Source: a virus
Lineage: Duplodnaviria; Caudoviricetes
Direction: 5' to 3' (one strand)
IMG/VR virus record: IMGVR_UViG_3300025872_000070
Coordinates: 1-55,668 of that record
DNA length: 55,668 nucleotides
Numbering within the stretch: position 1 is the stretch's first letter; every line of letters starts with the position of its first letter. Under the pieces are notes generated by a model that had not been told where the DNA came from, ran no database searches, and saw only the letters and a program-made list of their open reading frames with translations. A program made the translations under genes and the position numbers. Positions 48,284 through 55,668 of the stretch are shown here, piece by piece.

Positions 48284-49657
48284 TTATTGTGTTTTTTGTT
48301 TACGTTTTTCCATAAGGTCTTTAATTCGTTCTCTATTTTTTTCTTCTTGTTTTTCTTCAAGTCCTAAAAATGTAACTGAACTTTCTGTATCAATTTCCAA
48401 CATACTATTATCAAACTTACAATTTTCAAAAACTATACCATCATCACCAATACGTGATTTTGTTATTGCAATTGTCGCTAATTTCATCTCTTTTTGTTGT
48501 AAAGTTTTTGCCACAGATATGATTACGTGTCCAACTTGGGCTTTTTTGATTGAACCACCCATTTGGTCTGTAGTTACAACTTCAGATGAGATTGAACTTC
48601 TATTACCTTGAGTTGCTGTCCAACCGACAATGTCCATTTCGTGACACATAGCTTCAAAAGCTCTCATAACCGAACCTTCACTTTTCCACTCATCACCTAA
48701 ATTTTTATCAGGAACAACACAATCTATATAATCAAGAAGAACCAAATCAATTTTAATACCATCAGCAGTCATTTTACGAATAGAATTCTTGATTTGTAAC
48801 ATAGTCATAGTGTCAGAGGGATATTTTTGTAATATTAACTTATTAGTCATAGTTTCTTTTACCTCTTTCACTTTTTTAAGAACATCATCTTTCTTAATAG
48901 ATAGTTCGTCGGGGTGAATTTTAGTCCACAAAGTTATATGTTTTCTTTGAATAATTTTAGGATTGTCCTCAAAAAATATTTGAAGTACGTTGTATCCTAA
49001 ATTAAATGCATGATTCGCAATTTTAGTTAACATAGTACTTTTACCTACCCCTGTAGGAGCTAAAACAACCCCTATTTCACCTTTTGCTAAACCACCTTTA
49101 AGTAATCTGTCAATTCCTGGTATTCCAATAGGAATTGGATGTCTATAATCTTCGTTTAAAACTTCGTCAAGATTACTAAAAACATCAGATGAGCCTTCCT
49201 CAACAATTCCTACTTGTAGGGCCTCTCTTATTAGTTGTTCGGCTTTATCATAATTTTCGAATTCACCCCCGTCGATTATTTTTTGAACCGATAACATTGC
49301 TTTTTGTAACTCTTGTTGTTTACAAAACTTTTTACTTTTTTCTTGAACAAAATCCATACCCTCAACAGGAGCATTTTTGATTTTACCAAGAGTATCTAAT
49401 ACTATCTTAGATGCTGATTCTTGTTGGAGTTCAGCTTTGGTTATTTGTTCTAAAGTTTCAAAAGATGGTGTGTGTTCGTACTTTTTATAGTACTCTTTAA
49501 CCATTTGAATTATTATTTTGAAGTACTTATTTTCAAAATAATTTGTTTGGATAACATCAATAATGGAGCGGGCAAATTCCTTATCAACAATGATTTGGTT
49601 TAAAAGTTGTAACTGAAAAGTGCTTCCCAAATACTCAAAATTTTTATTCGCCGCCAT
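48284..49657 (-). CDS. replicative DNA helicase (DnaB / gp41-like)
   Basis: GGLAKGE, Walker [28 protein letters not shown]; TATTTATA at 49678-49685. Confidence 0.92.
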   Translation of the reverse strand: MAANKNFEYLGSTFQLQLLNQIIVDKEFARSIIDVIQTNYFENKYFKIIIQMVKEYYKKYEHTPSFETLEQITKAELQQESASKIVLDTLGKIKNAPVEGMDFVQEKSKKFCKQQELQKAMLSVQKIIDGGEFENYDKAEQLIREALQVGIVEEGSSDVFSNLDEVLNEDYRHPIPIGIPGIDRLLKGGLAKGEIGVVLAPTGVGKSTMLTKIANHAFNLGYNVLQIFFEDNPKIIQRKHITLWTKIHPDELSIKKDDVLKKVKEVKETMTNKLILQKYPSDTMTMLQIKNSIRKMTADGIKIDLVLLDYIDCVVPDKNLGDEWKSEGSVMRAFEAMCHEMDIVGWTATQGNRSSISSEVVTTDQMGGSIKKAQVGHVIISVAKTLQQKEMKLATIAITKSRIGDDGIVFENCKFDNSMLEIDTESSVTFLGLEEKQEEKNRERIKDLMEKRKQKTQ

Positions 49658-49685
49658 AAAATTCTATCAGTGTATTATATAAATA

Positions 49686-50159
49686 TTATTGAAGTTGGAC
49701 ATTTTCCATATATTGGAAAGTTAAATTTTTTGAAGAAAAAATATCAGTTAAACTATACAATAAATTTCTAATATGTGGTCTAACATCAACAGTATATCTA
49801 ATTTTGGGTGGGAATAATTTCGCGTCAAATACTCGATGCATTATAACTCTGTCGTTATGTTTTAAATAGATATTAAAAGTTTCCGGTCCATCTGTATATG
49901 AAGTATTTAGAACTTCAGGATTGTCATAGATTTCAGCGGAATTATCCAACATATACACCACAGATTTCATTTTTAATTCGTGGAATAAGGTTTCTTTAAA
50001 ATTTCTGATGAACTCATAAAGTTCAACGGAAGATTTGGCTTTAGGATTGAAGTCCTTTACGTTAAAAAAACGTTGTACGATAAAATTGTTGTTTACCGTA
50101 AGAAGAAACTCTAATTTGGTTACTTCTTGTTCATTTGGTTGTTTACTTGTTTGATTCAT
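49686..50159 (-). CDS. hypothetical protein
   Basis: 157-aa ORF between flap nuclease and helicase. Confidence 0.75.
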   Translation of the reverse strand: MNQTSKQPNEQEVTKLEFLLTVNNNFIVQRFFNVKDFNPKAKSSVELYEFIRNFKETLFHELKMKSVVYMLDNSAEIYDNPEVLNTSYTDGPETFNIYLKHNDRVIMHRVFDAKLFPPKIRYTVDVRPHIRNLLYSLTDIFSSKNLTFQYMENVQLQ

Positions 50160-51150
50160 ATTTCTTTTTTTCTTTTCTTGTTAGTTTTAAAAATGGTTTT
50201 AAAAAATAAACCCAAGCGTCATCTGATTTGGGAAGGAATTTAAATAAACCATCCTCCATCATCATCTTCATTAGGTTCTTATAACCTCGACCTTCAGGGT
50301 CTAATGTTTCATTATAATAAAGCTCAACTATTTGTTTACCTTCATCAGTAATCAAAGGGTTGTCTAAATTAACGATTTTATCGTTAATGTAAAAAAACTC
50401 ATTACCAAAAATACCCGTTTTTGTTTTACCTGATAGTAAATTTTTCAAAGCCACGTTATCTTTATCTTCTGTAAGTAATTGTTCTGCCTTGGTTAAAATA
50501 TCTGAAACTTTAACCTCTTTTTCAAGTAGCTCAGGAAATAATTTTATTAAAGTTTTTTCACCTAAAAGTTGTATTCCATCAATATTATCTGACTTATCAC
50601 CCGAAAGTATTTTGTAGGTTAAAACATTGAAATGGGGGATATCTAAATTTTTGAACTTTATTTTGTCTCCCTTTTTATAGGTTACCCTTAATAGGGGTGA
50701 ATAAACCACAACTTTTTCTGAAATAAGTTGAGTCAAGTCACCATCCGACGAAAAAATAGTTTTAAACTCGTTATCAGAAATTTTACAATAATAAGCAATT
50801 AAATCGTCCGCTTCATTATTTACACACTCAATTTGTCTAATAAAAGTTTCTTCTAAATAAGATTTGATTCGACTTTTTTGAGTTTCGTAAGATTCTTCCT
50901 TGCTTTCTGTATAAGAATTTTTTCGGTTTTCTTTGTATTTGGGATATATTAATTTTCTATTTGAACTAGAACCTTGAGCGTCCCAAAAAACGACTACTTT
51001 ATCGAAATTTTTTTCTTCAATAATCTTTCTTAAAGTATTAACAAAGTGCCATAATCCACCTACGTGTCTACCATCGTGATAAAATTCTTTTACCCCGTGG
51101 AATCCTATTTTTAACAGATTATTTCCGTCAACTAATAATGTTTTAATCAC
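50143..51150 (-). CDS. 5'-3' exonuclease / flap endonuclease (PolA N-terminal / T4 RNase H-like)
   Basis: LLVDGNNL, VFWD, YPKYKENR, EADDLIA, SSDGDLTQL, GDKSDNIDGI..LGEKT. Confidence 0.92.
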   Translation of the reverse strand: MIKTLLVDGNNLLKIGFHGVKEFYHDGRHVGGLWHFVNTLRKIIEEKNFDKVVVFWDAQGSSSNRKLIYPKYKENRKNSYTESKEESYETQKSRIKSYLEETFIRQIECVNNEADDLIAYYCKISDNEFKTIFSSDGDLTQLISEKVVVYSPLLRVTYKKGDKIKFKNLDIPHFNVLTYKILSGDKSDNIDGIQLLGEKTLIKLFPELLEKEVKVSDILTKAEQLLTEDKDNVALKNLLSGKTKTGIFGNEFFYINDKIVNLDNPLITDEGKQIVELYYNETLDPEGRGYKNLMKMMMEDGLFKFLPKSDDAWVYFLKPFLKLTRKEKKKYESNK

Positions 51151-51156
51151 TTAGGT

Positions 51157-51783
51157 TTATTTAAATGGTTCTACAATTTTGTTACTTTTTTTCAAATTTT
51201 CATCAACCCAGAGTGGTTGTAGGTTTGTGTAATGACATAATTTATAAATTTCCTTTTCAGTTTTTGCGGAAGATAAAGGTATTATATGGTCAATGTGAAA
51301 CAAATGTCTATTTTCCCAGCTCATACCATCTTTGAATTGTTTTTCTAAATATTCCTTAAGAAATTCTGGTGTACAACCAACGATTTCAAAAGTACGTTTT
51401 GATTTATATTTGATATATCTATTTACTGAATTTCTCATATCTGAAATAATTTTGAACAACATATCTCGTTTTTTTCTTTGTTTGTTATAATTATTCAAAT
51501 AGTTTTTGTTATTTTCGAACCAATTTTTTTTACGTTGTTTTTCTCTTTCGTAATTAGTAATGTAATATTCTTTGAAATACTTTTCGTAGTATTCTGAATT
51601 TTTTTTGTTCCACTCGTCGTTGTATTTTTTAATTTTGTCCTTGTTTTCGAGTTTGTATTTTTTACTTTCTTTTCTTTGACATTCCCTACAATTACTCCTT
51701 AAACCACATTTAACTCTTGATTGTTTGTTAAATTCTGTCAATTCTTTTTCGAGTTTACATTTTGAACAAACTTTTGTTTCCAC
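51157..51783 (-). CDS. HNH homing endonuclease
   Basis: CSKC..CREC, GMSWEN..HIDHIIP..HYTNLQPL..ENLKKS; paralogous to 17451..18176; GTG start 3 nt after TATTTATA (51787-51794). Confidence 0.85.
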   Translation of the reverse strand: METKVCSKCKLEKELTEFNKQSRVKCGLRSNCRECQRKESKKYKLENKDKIKKYNDEWNKKNSEYYEKYFKEYYITNYEREKQRKKNWFENNKNYLNNYNKQRKKRDMLFKIISDMRNSVNRYIKYKSKRTFEIVGCTPEFLKEYLEKQFKDGMSWENRHLFHIDHIIPLSSAKTEKEIYKLCHYTNLQPLWVDENLKKSNKIVEPFK

Positions 51784-51796
51784 TACTATAAATAGG

Positions 51797-52801
51797 TTAT
51801 TCTTCCGGTTTTTCTTCTTTCAAGTCAAAGTCACCCTCAGCACCAAGTATGTTTTTCCAATATTCAGAATATTCTTTTTTGTATTTTTCAATCGAAGTTT
51901 TTTCTTCAGTGGTATCTTTTCCTGAAATGAATCCGTGAGGAGTTACTATAATACGTCCATCATCATAACCCAAACCATTTATATGATTTTTTAAAACCGA
52001 AACTTTTGTTCTTGAAGCAAACTTAACATTTCTTTTGTCTTTTGTGGCAGTAATTTTAGTTGTACCAGCATCTTTTTGATTTCCAAATAAAAATACTAAA
52101 GATGAGTTTAACCATATAGCCTCACCACCTTTACTTTTAATTTTGGGTTGCCCAAAAGGGTTGTCGGGTAGTTGAACCCAAGGTTGATTTACTATAACTA
52201 ATGTGTTTTCAAACTTTGAGTCAGATTTCCTTGAACCTGAAATCCTTTGGTTAATACCCATTCCAATTTTATCTGCGAGTGTACTAGCATTATGTTGTTT
52301 TCCACCACGCCCTTCAAAAGTCATTTTACAAGGAACAGAACCAACAGAATCCCACATTATACATAAACTATATTCAAGTTCACCTTTTTCTTGAGCGTCT
52401 AACAAACTATTAATGTAGTCCGTAATTTGTTCGATATAATCAAAGTTATTATTGAATATAAAAAACCCATCCCAATCTACTTCACCTGTTTCTGTATCAA
52501 CAACTTCTTCACATTCAAAACCCATAAGTTTTGCGTGTTCGAAACTCCATTTTTGTTCAGTAATAATAAACACCGGAAGAATTCCTTTCTTTTGACAATC
52601 AACCGCAGTTTTAATAAGTGCAGTTGTTTTTCCTGTATCAGAGTGACCAAGAAACATATTTAAGTGACCAATTGCAGGGCCAGGTAATCCAACCGCATCT
52701 AAAAACTCTGTTCCTAAATCAAAGAAACGTTGTGGTTTGTACTTTGCTGAAGTAGAGAATTTTTTCTTTACCGAACTAAAATCATTCTTTTTAATTGCCA
52801 T
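51797..52801 (-). CDS. RecA/UvsX-like recombinase
   Basis: Walker A GHSDTGKT, Walker B IMWDSVG, VIVNQ, KSKGGEA, VLKNHI. Confidence 0.88.
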   Translation of the reverse strand: MAIKKNDFSSVKKKFSTSAKYKPQRFFDLGTEFLDAVGLPGPAIGHLNMFLGHSDTGKTTALIKTAVDCQKKGILPVFIITEQKWSFEHAKLMGFECEEVVDTETGEVDWDGFFIFNNNFDYIEQITDYINSLLDAQEKGELEYSLCIMWDSVGSVPCKMTFEGRGGKQHNASTLADKIGMGINQRISGSRKSDSKFENTLVIVNQPWVQLPDNPFGQPKIKSKGGEAIWLNSSLVFLFGNQKDAGTTKITATKDKRNVKFASRTKVSVLKNHINGLGYDDGRIIVTPHGFISGKDTTEEKTSIEKYKKEYSEYWKNILGAEGDFDLKEEKPEE

Positions 52802-52803
52802 AA

Positions 52804-53028
52804 TTATCTGATATTATATTTGTAGAACTCTTCGAAAGTTTCCAATTTGTCTTTTGCATTTCCAATCTTTTCTACTAATTTATCCATCTCTTCGATGTGT
52901 TGGGGATGTTCTCCAATACCGACAGGGGAGTTAAAATAAACCATAAGTGATGATTCGGCTTCTAACATTTGACTACGATACTTTGTTACCAAAGCGTCAA
53001 ACATTTTTTCTTTAATTCTGTTTTCCAT
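52804..53028 (-). CDS. small conserved phage protein
   Basis: NSPVGIGEHPQHIEEMDKL; GIGEH helical-hairpin family recalled from T4-like phages. Confidence 0.7.
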   Translation of the reverse strand: MENRIKEKMFDALVTKYRSQMLEAESSLMVYFNSPVGIGEHPQHIEEMDKLVEKIGNAKDKLETFEEFYKYNIR

Positions 53029-53040
53029 TATTTTAAGTAT

Positions 53041-53068
53041 AAGAAAGCATGGACACTTTGTCTATGCT
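53041..53068 (-). terminator. possible terminator hairpin
   Basis: AGCATAGACA-AAG-TGTCCATGCT then TTCTT on minus strand, one mismatch. Confidence 0.4.
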
Positions 53069-53083
53069 ATTGTCCATACAATT

Positions 53084-53629
53084 TTAGTTTTTATATTTTT
53101 TAATTATTTCTTCTATAAATTCTATGTGTTTTTCTTTTGTATCAAGTAGTACACCTTCTAGATTTGAGTACTTTTTAATCTCAGGTTTATAAATTAAAAA
53201 TCTATGAATCATATTATGATTTCTTATATTCAATTCTATAACGTCCAACCAATCTTCTTGTGAGTAAGACCAATGATGTAGATGTAACCCCTTTTTTTTA
53301 GTTAAAAAAATTTCAGTGTATTTAGATGCTAAGTATTTTTCAGGATATTTTTGTCTATACTTTTTTATAGTTTCCCTTTTTGACTCAGTGGTTGGTCTCC
53401 ATCTATTTTGGTAATTCAATCTATAATAACGTTTTCTGTTTCGTTCACGTTCTTTTTCCAACCATTTTTTGTCTTGCCTCAATAAGTCTTCTCTTTTTTT
53501 GACATCTATCTTAGTACATTTTTTACACTTGTTGAGATGTCCATCCAACATAGATTTATGTTTGTAAAATTCATCCAAACATTTAAATTCTTGACATTTG
53601 AAACATTTTTTCAAAGTATTTTCCGCCAT
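53084..53629 (-). CDS. putative HNH-type homing endonuclease
   Basis: KKCFKC..FYKH..DGHLNKCKKC, basic helix, C-terminal HLHHWSY..L...HNMIH. Confidence 0.7.
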   Translation of the reverse strand: MAENTLKKCFKCQEFKCLDEFYKHKSMLDGHLNKCKKCTKIDVKKREDLLRQDKKWLEKERERNRKRYYRLNYQNRWRPTTESKRETIKKYRQKYPEKYLASKYTEIFLTKKKGLHLHHWSYSQEDWLDVIELNIRNHNMIHRFLIYKPEIKKYSNLEGVLLDTKEKHIEFIEEIIKKYKN

Positions 53630-53672
53630 TGCAACTATTTAACTTATAAATATATTAAAATGGCGGAAAATA
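53617..53672 (-). promoter_or_regulatory. start-codon-sequestering hairpin with internal TATTTATA motif
   Basis: 14-bp perfect inverted repeat TATTTTCCGCCATT (53617-53630) / AATGGCGGAAAATA (53659-53672) covering the ATG at 53629; motif at 53645-53652 in the loop. Confidence 0.8.
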
Positions 53673-53688
53673 ATTTTAATTTACCTTT

Positions 53689-54531
53689 TTAAAAAGGTAA
53701 ATCATTATCAGGTTCATCATTATCTTGGGGGTCAGCCACTTTAGAACCTCCTATAGTTGTTACAGATTCAGTAGTACTTGCAAAAACGTATTTTCCAGCA
53801 TCTGAGTCCCAACGTGGAGTTTCTCCTCGTGCAATTGCTTCAAGGTATTCCTCAGGTTTTTTTGAATAAACATCCGCCCAAGTCATAGTATCTTCAACCC
53901 AAGATTTTGAAGTTTCTTTATCTTTATGAACTGGTGATGGGTCATCATACATTACGGTCTGGATTACCGTATAGTACGCTCCTTTTGGAGTTTTAGCTTT
54001 AGTGAGTTCAAGAATAATATCACGTCCTGTTTCTGCATCGGTGATATCACCCTTTTGTCTCCATATTGGAATAATTTTATCTAAGATACCTTCGTTTTTA
54101 TAGTTGTGTTTAAACCTCCAAAACTTAGGTCCATCTTGTTCATTGTCTCGGTCAATAACTTTTACAATATAAAATTTACGTGGTTTATATTGTTTTGCCA
54201 GTTCTTTATCTGACTCTTTACCAGTAGACATAAGTTCTTCATAAACTTCAGATAATGGTGAACGTTGATTATCGTTCTTACCTGGGTCATAAAACTTTTG
54301 CCATTTACCATCCACTTGTACTTCGTGAAACCAAACTTCTTTGAATGGCGAACTTCCATCTGGAGTAGGAAGAATTCGTAATCTTCGTTGAGCTTGTTTT
54401 TCACTTTCTTTGAGGATTGCCGCAAAGTATTTTTTCATTCTGTCTTCTTGAGACATTTTGTAAGGTGATGAAGCACCTTGTTTCGATTGTTCGTACTGCG
54501 AAAGTACTGCGTCTAAGGAATTTGTCGCCAT
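53689..54531 (-). CDS. single-stranded DNA-binding protein (T4 gp32-like)
   Basis: RLRILP, PFKEVWFH, VIDRD..GPKFW, DITD..GRDI, acidic tail ending DNDLPF. Confidence 0.85.
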   Translation of the reverse strand: MATNSLDAVLSQYEQSKQGASSPYKMSQEDRMKKYFAAILKESEKQAQRRLRILPTPDGSSPFKEVWFHEVQVDGKWQKFYDPGKNDNQRSPLSEVYEELMSTGKESDKELAKQYKPRKFYIVKVIDRDNEQDGPKFWRFKHNYKNEGILDKIIPIWRQKGDITDAETGRDIILELTKAKTPKGAYYTVIQTVMYDDPSPVHKDKETSKSWVEDTMTWADVYSKKPEEYLEAIARGETPRWDSDAGKYVFASTTESVTTIGGSKVADPQDNDEPDNDLPF

Positions 54532-54559
54532 ATTATATATTTTTAGTTAATTAATAAAA

Positions 54560-54591
54560 CAAATATAAAACTATGATAGGATATAGTCAAA
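54560..54591 (-). promoter_or_regulatory. Bacteroidota housekeeping (-33/-7) promoter
   Basis: Minus strand TTTG-N20-TATATTTG, exact consensus, directly after a terminator and 28 nt before the SSB start. Confidence 0.82.
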
Positions 54592-54592
54592 T

Positions 54593-54614
54593 AAAAAAGG
54601 GTCTTTTCAGACCC
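54593..54614 (-). terminator. rho-independent terminator
   Basis: Minus strand GGGTCT-GAAA-AGACCC-TTTTTT, 6 nt after the stop of 54621..55268. Confidence 0.85.
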
Positions 54615-54620
54615 ATTTGA

Positions 54621-55268
54621 TTAAATATTGGTAAAGGTGTCACCTTCGAAGTTTCTAAAACTTCTTTTGATTTCTGCCGGAGAATAATCTTCAACATCAT
54701 CTTTAGTAAGAATATATTGTTCTTTTCCTGACTTTTCAAAATCCGATTCTTTATCGTGAAAGAAATCAGTTAGTTTTTGATTGTATGGTCCTGAATCTAA
54801 TGTTCTTAATTCCATTTTTTCTTCAGGAGATTTAATTCTATATTTTTCAACTTTCATTTCTAATGAATTTAATTTATCCATTATTTTATCCATATCTGAA
54901 AGTTTTTGTTCTAAGTTGTTCAAAGATTTAAAAAGATTATCAAAGTAGTCATCTTGTTTTGTTTGTATATTTTTTTGAGATTTCACTAAATCTGTAACTT
55001 CGATTTCTTTTTTGTTTTTTGATTCATCACCAACTTTTTCTACGTCCTTGTCAGTATCCAAATCAACTTTTTCAGGTTCTTTGGTATCTGTTGGAGGTGT
55101 TGGTGTATCAGTTGGAGCTGGTGCCGGAGCATCTGTTGTAGGTGCCGGTGGTGGAGTTGCTCCTTCATCACCTGTAGGTAATGGTGGTGGAGCGTCTTGT
55201 TCAGATATATAAGTGTTTATTTTATTATATCTGTTTATTTCATCTAAAATTTTAACATCTATTTTCAT
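54621..55268 (-). CDS. Pro-rich/coiled-coil protein, possibly prohead scaffold-like
   Basis: N-terminal ILDEINRYNKINTYISEQ, Pro/Ala/Thr linker, coiled coil. Confidence 0.65.
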   Translation of the reverse strand: MKIDVKILDEINRYNKINTYISEQDAPPPLPTGDEGATPPPAPTTDAPAPAPTDTPTPPTDTKEPEKVDLDTDKDVEKVGDESKNKKEIEVTDLVKSQKNIQTKQDDYFDNLFKSLNNLEQKLSDMDKIMDKLNSLEMKVEKYRIKSPEEKMELRTLDSGPYNQKLTDFFHDKESDFEKSGKEQYILTKDDVEDYSPAEIKRSFRNFEGDTFTNI

Positions 55269-55272
55269 AGGA

Positions 55273-55497
55273 TTATCCGTTTAAAAGTTGTTTAACTCCG
55301 TGTAAAGTTTCAACCTGAATTTTTTTATTTGTTTTTAACGTATTATCAACTCTTTCAATCAAACCATCTTTCATTCTAACGATATAACATTCACCAGTAT
55401 CTAAATCACATACTTGTTTAGAACCATCACCCAAATCTTTTTCGGTGTGTCTGATGTTTTTGCCTAAATAATTGTCTAATAATAATTTTACGTTCAT
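55273..55497 (-). CDS. hypothetical protein
   Basis: 74 aa with VCDLDTGEC; TATTTATA at 55508-55515. Confidence 0.65.
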   Translation of the reverse strand: MNVKLLLDNYLGKNIRHTEKDLGDGSKQVCDLDTGECYIVRMKDGLIERVDNTLKTNKKIQVETLHGVKQLLNG

Positions 55498-55534
55498 AAC
55501 TTTTTTTTATAAATATATCGAAATCTGGTAAAAT

Positions 55535-55668
55535 TTACACTGATAACTCATCATATAAAATCAAAGCTTTTTTAACTTTTTCTTTTATATATTGTGTATC
55601 TAATCCTGGGCCTACAGGTGCACCTTTAGATGCCACATTTTTAGTCCAAAGGTCAGTTAATTTATCTA
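55535..55668 (-). CDS. partial CDS (3' end), unknown function
   Basis: Open frame from window edge DKLTDLWTKNVASKGAPVGPGLDTQYIKEKVKKALILYDELSV*. Confidence 0.5.
   Translation of the reverse strand, partial: DKLTDLWTKNVASKGAPVGPGLDTQYIKEKVKKALILYDELSV

Noticed and set aside
545-55212. Many short opposite-strand or nested ORFs in the track (e.g. 545..802, 2564..2848, 6526..6828, 12013..12261, 55012..55212)
   Set aside because: Shadows of longer, motif-bearing genes; no independent signals
1-55668. Stop-codon reassignment, as in some large Bacteroidota phages
   Set aside because: Conserved genes are full length in the standard code, and TAA, TGA and TAG all end genes
1-55668. tRNA or rRNA genes
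   Set aside because: Intergenic gaps are short and AT-rich, with no cloverleaf or T-loop motif seen

Overview
AT-rich, densely coding segment of a large myovirus-type (T4-like/jumbo) dsDNA phage, standard genetic code. The host is very probably Bacteroidota: two exact TTTG-N20-TAnnTTTG promoters, no Shine-Dalgarno motifs, an Hc1 histone-H1-like gene, a short RpoD-like sigma and SprB-type repeats. It holds head-associated acidic proteins, a lysis-like membrane cluster, a phage sigma factor, Rad50/Mre11 (gp46/gp47), cysteine synthase, exonuclease and primase. A + strand block of Cys/Pro-Thr-rich tail proteins and a RuvC-like resolvase faces a - strand baseplate module (gp25, gp6, gp7/gpI-like). 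Then follow NrdAB, DnaB-like helicase, flap nuclease, RecA/UvsX, gp32-like SSB, with four free-standing homing endonucleases across the window. Most striking: (1) Mre11/gp47 is fractured around a Vsr-like homing endonuclease with no intron or intein, its halves carry complementary acidic/basic tags, and its C-terminal domain appears moved onto Rad50. (2) A recurrent TATTTAT(A) promoter-like motif often lies only 3-6 nt before start codons, once inside a start-codon-sequestering hairpin. (3) Two proteins carry alveolin/articulin-like EVIKEVEKIVEVPV repeats. No tRNA, rRNA or CRISPR array was seen. All calls are by eye from motifs, without database searches.
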